NCBI RefSeq assembly: GCF_000737315.1
Contig: NZ_JMCB01000004.1
Span: forward strand, 20,001 to 144,000
Direction: 5' to 3'
From: Hyalangium minutum
GTDB lineage: Bacteria > Myxococcota > Myxococcia > Myxococcales > Myxococcaceae
Length of the DNA: 124,000 nt
In this document: positions 122,930 to 124,000 of the stretch, piece after piece
How positions within the stretch are numbered: the first letter of the stretch is position 1
How the letters are laid out: each line of letters opens with the position of its first letter
The notes under the pieces: generated by a model
The model's database searches: none
Told to the model about the DNA's origin: nothing
The model's input: only the letters and a program-made list of their open reading frames with translations
Translations under genes and position numbers: made by a program

Positions 122930-124000
122930 CTAGCGAAGCTGGAGGAAGGAGAAGGAGAGCCCTGGCGTCGTCACCGTGGCCCTGCCGTTGTCCCCCAGCA
123001 TCCGCAGGGTGGTGGACGCGGCGCCCGCGGCGAACTCGGTGTAGAGGATCTGGTTCTGCGACTCGAAGAGGAAGGTGCTGCCCGACGTCGCCGGGAAGCG
123101 GGTCTTGTGCACCGCCGTCATCGTGTCGAGCTTCAGCTCCCACCACTGCCAGCCCTTCCCGCTCGCGATGGTGCGCGGATGGGTGCCTTCCGTGATCGGG
123201 GCCACCGTCTCATCGAGCACGCGCACGTACGCGGTCCCCCGAGGGCCGGGCACGAGCGTGCCCGCCGTGCCACCGCCCACCAGTTCCGAGAGTGTCCGGT
123301 GGAAGCTCGGATCAAAGGTGCGGGTCTGGGGATCGAACTTGAGCAGGCACGGCGTGGGTGCCTCCGCGCCCACCACCCGGCGCACCGCCGCGCCATAGGC
123401 CTCCGTCGCGATGTACACCTTGCCGTCCAGGCCGACGGCGGCATCCTGCGTGTAGCCACACCGCTCATCCGTGGCGAGGGTGGCCACATCCGTCGCCGTG
123501 TCGACGGAGACCACACCCGCCTTGGGGGTGATGCCCACGCCCGAGACGGGACGCCAGCCCACGGGCATGATGATTTGGCCGGTGAGCTGCACGGCCAGTC
123601 CCGAGAAGGCCACGACCGTGTCCGGGAAGGCCACAGCGTCGAGGGGGATACGGCCGGTGACCGTCATCAGCTCGGGGTTCCAGATGACGATCTGGGCGGT
123701 GGCCCCATCGAAGAAGTAGGCCTTGGTCTCCGAGATGAACTGGAAGTTGGCCTGGTACTCTCCCAGGGACGTCACTCCCACGCTGGCGAAGCTCACGGTG
123801 CCAGCCGGCTCCAGCGCCCCCGTGGCGGAGAGCTTGTAACGGGTCACCGTCGCGCTCTCGTCGCTCACGACATAGAGCGTGCCGGACTTGGGGATGCCCA
123901 ATCCCAGGGCACGACCGGGCACGCGGATGGCGTTGTCCAGGGAGAGCGATGCCGGCTGCTCCGCCTGGTCCGTCACGATGACGTAGCTCTCCGCCGGATC
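122930..124000 (-). CDS. MxcI-like beta-propeller protein (5' end beyond the window)
   Basis: The frame is open at the window edge. Motifs SETKAY, DERCG, YIATE and CLLKFD. Confidence 0.6.
   Translation of the reverse strand, partial: DPAESYVIVTDQAEQPASLSLDNAIRVPGRALGLGIPKSGTLYVVSDESATVTRYKLSATGALEPAGTVSFASVGVTSLGEYQANFQFISETKAYFFDGATAQIVIWNPELMTVTGRIPLDAVAFPDTVVAFSGLAVQLTGQIIMPVGWRPVSGVGITPKAGVVSVDTATDVATLATDERCGYTQDAAVGLDGKVYIATEAYGAAVRRVVGAEAPTPCLLKFDPQTRTFDPSFHRTLSELVGGGTAGTLVPGPRGTAYVRVLDETVAPITEGTHPRTIASGKGWQWWELKLDTMTAVHKTRFPATSGSTFLFESQNQILYTEFAAGAASTTLRMLGDNGRATVTTPGLSFSFLQLR

Overview
This is a high-GC myxobacterial chromosome segment, most likely Cystobacterineae (Archangiaceae-like). 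The core backbone resembles the Myxococcus xanthus groEL2-encC-romR-valS ... eno-surE-lexA-tmoK region, based on gene order recalled from the literature and not re-checked here. Accessory blocks interrupt it: (i) the tail of a type I PKS cluster with a thioesterase, two P450s, a PapA5-like acyltransferase and a CrtI-like desaturase, ending at tRNA-Sec; (ii) two parallel FecR / Ig-like / outer-membrane / MYXO-CTERM gene modules, one next to histidine kinases and one next to a Ser/Thr kinase; (iii) a desaturase plus ATP-grasp pair; (iv) a block beside tRNA(CAT) with a Pha/Mrp antiporter and two-component systems; (v) a complete Haliangium-type bacterial microcompartment (BMC) operon. The strongest candidate for an undescribed system is the BMC operon. 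It has shell genes and an acylating aldehyde dehydrogenase with an encapsulation peptide but no known signature enzyme. It also contains a 62-codon ORF that starts Met-Pro and fits the beta-alpha-beta pattern of 4-oxalocrotonate tautomerase, which could be the missing aldehyde-generating enzyme (inference). Other highlights: ValRS fused to a TPR plus histone-H1-like tail that has its own internal ribosome-binding site and ATG; a roughly 70-bp-periodic palindrome array; a probable CUG start codon; and a 1-nt frameshift in a PafA-like phosphatase. No cas genes, rRNA, transposase or integrase were recognised. All family calls come from motif recognition by eye; no searches were run.
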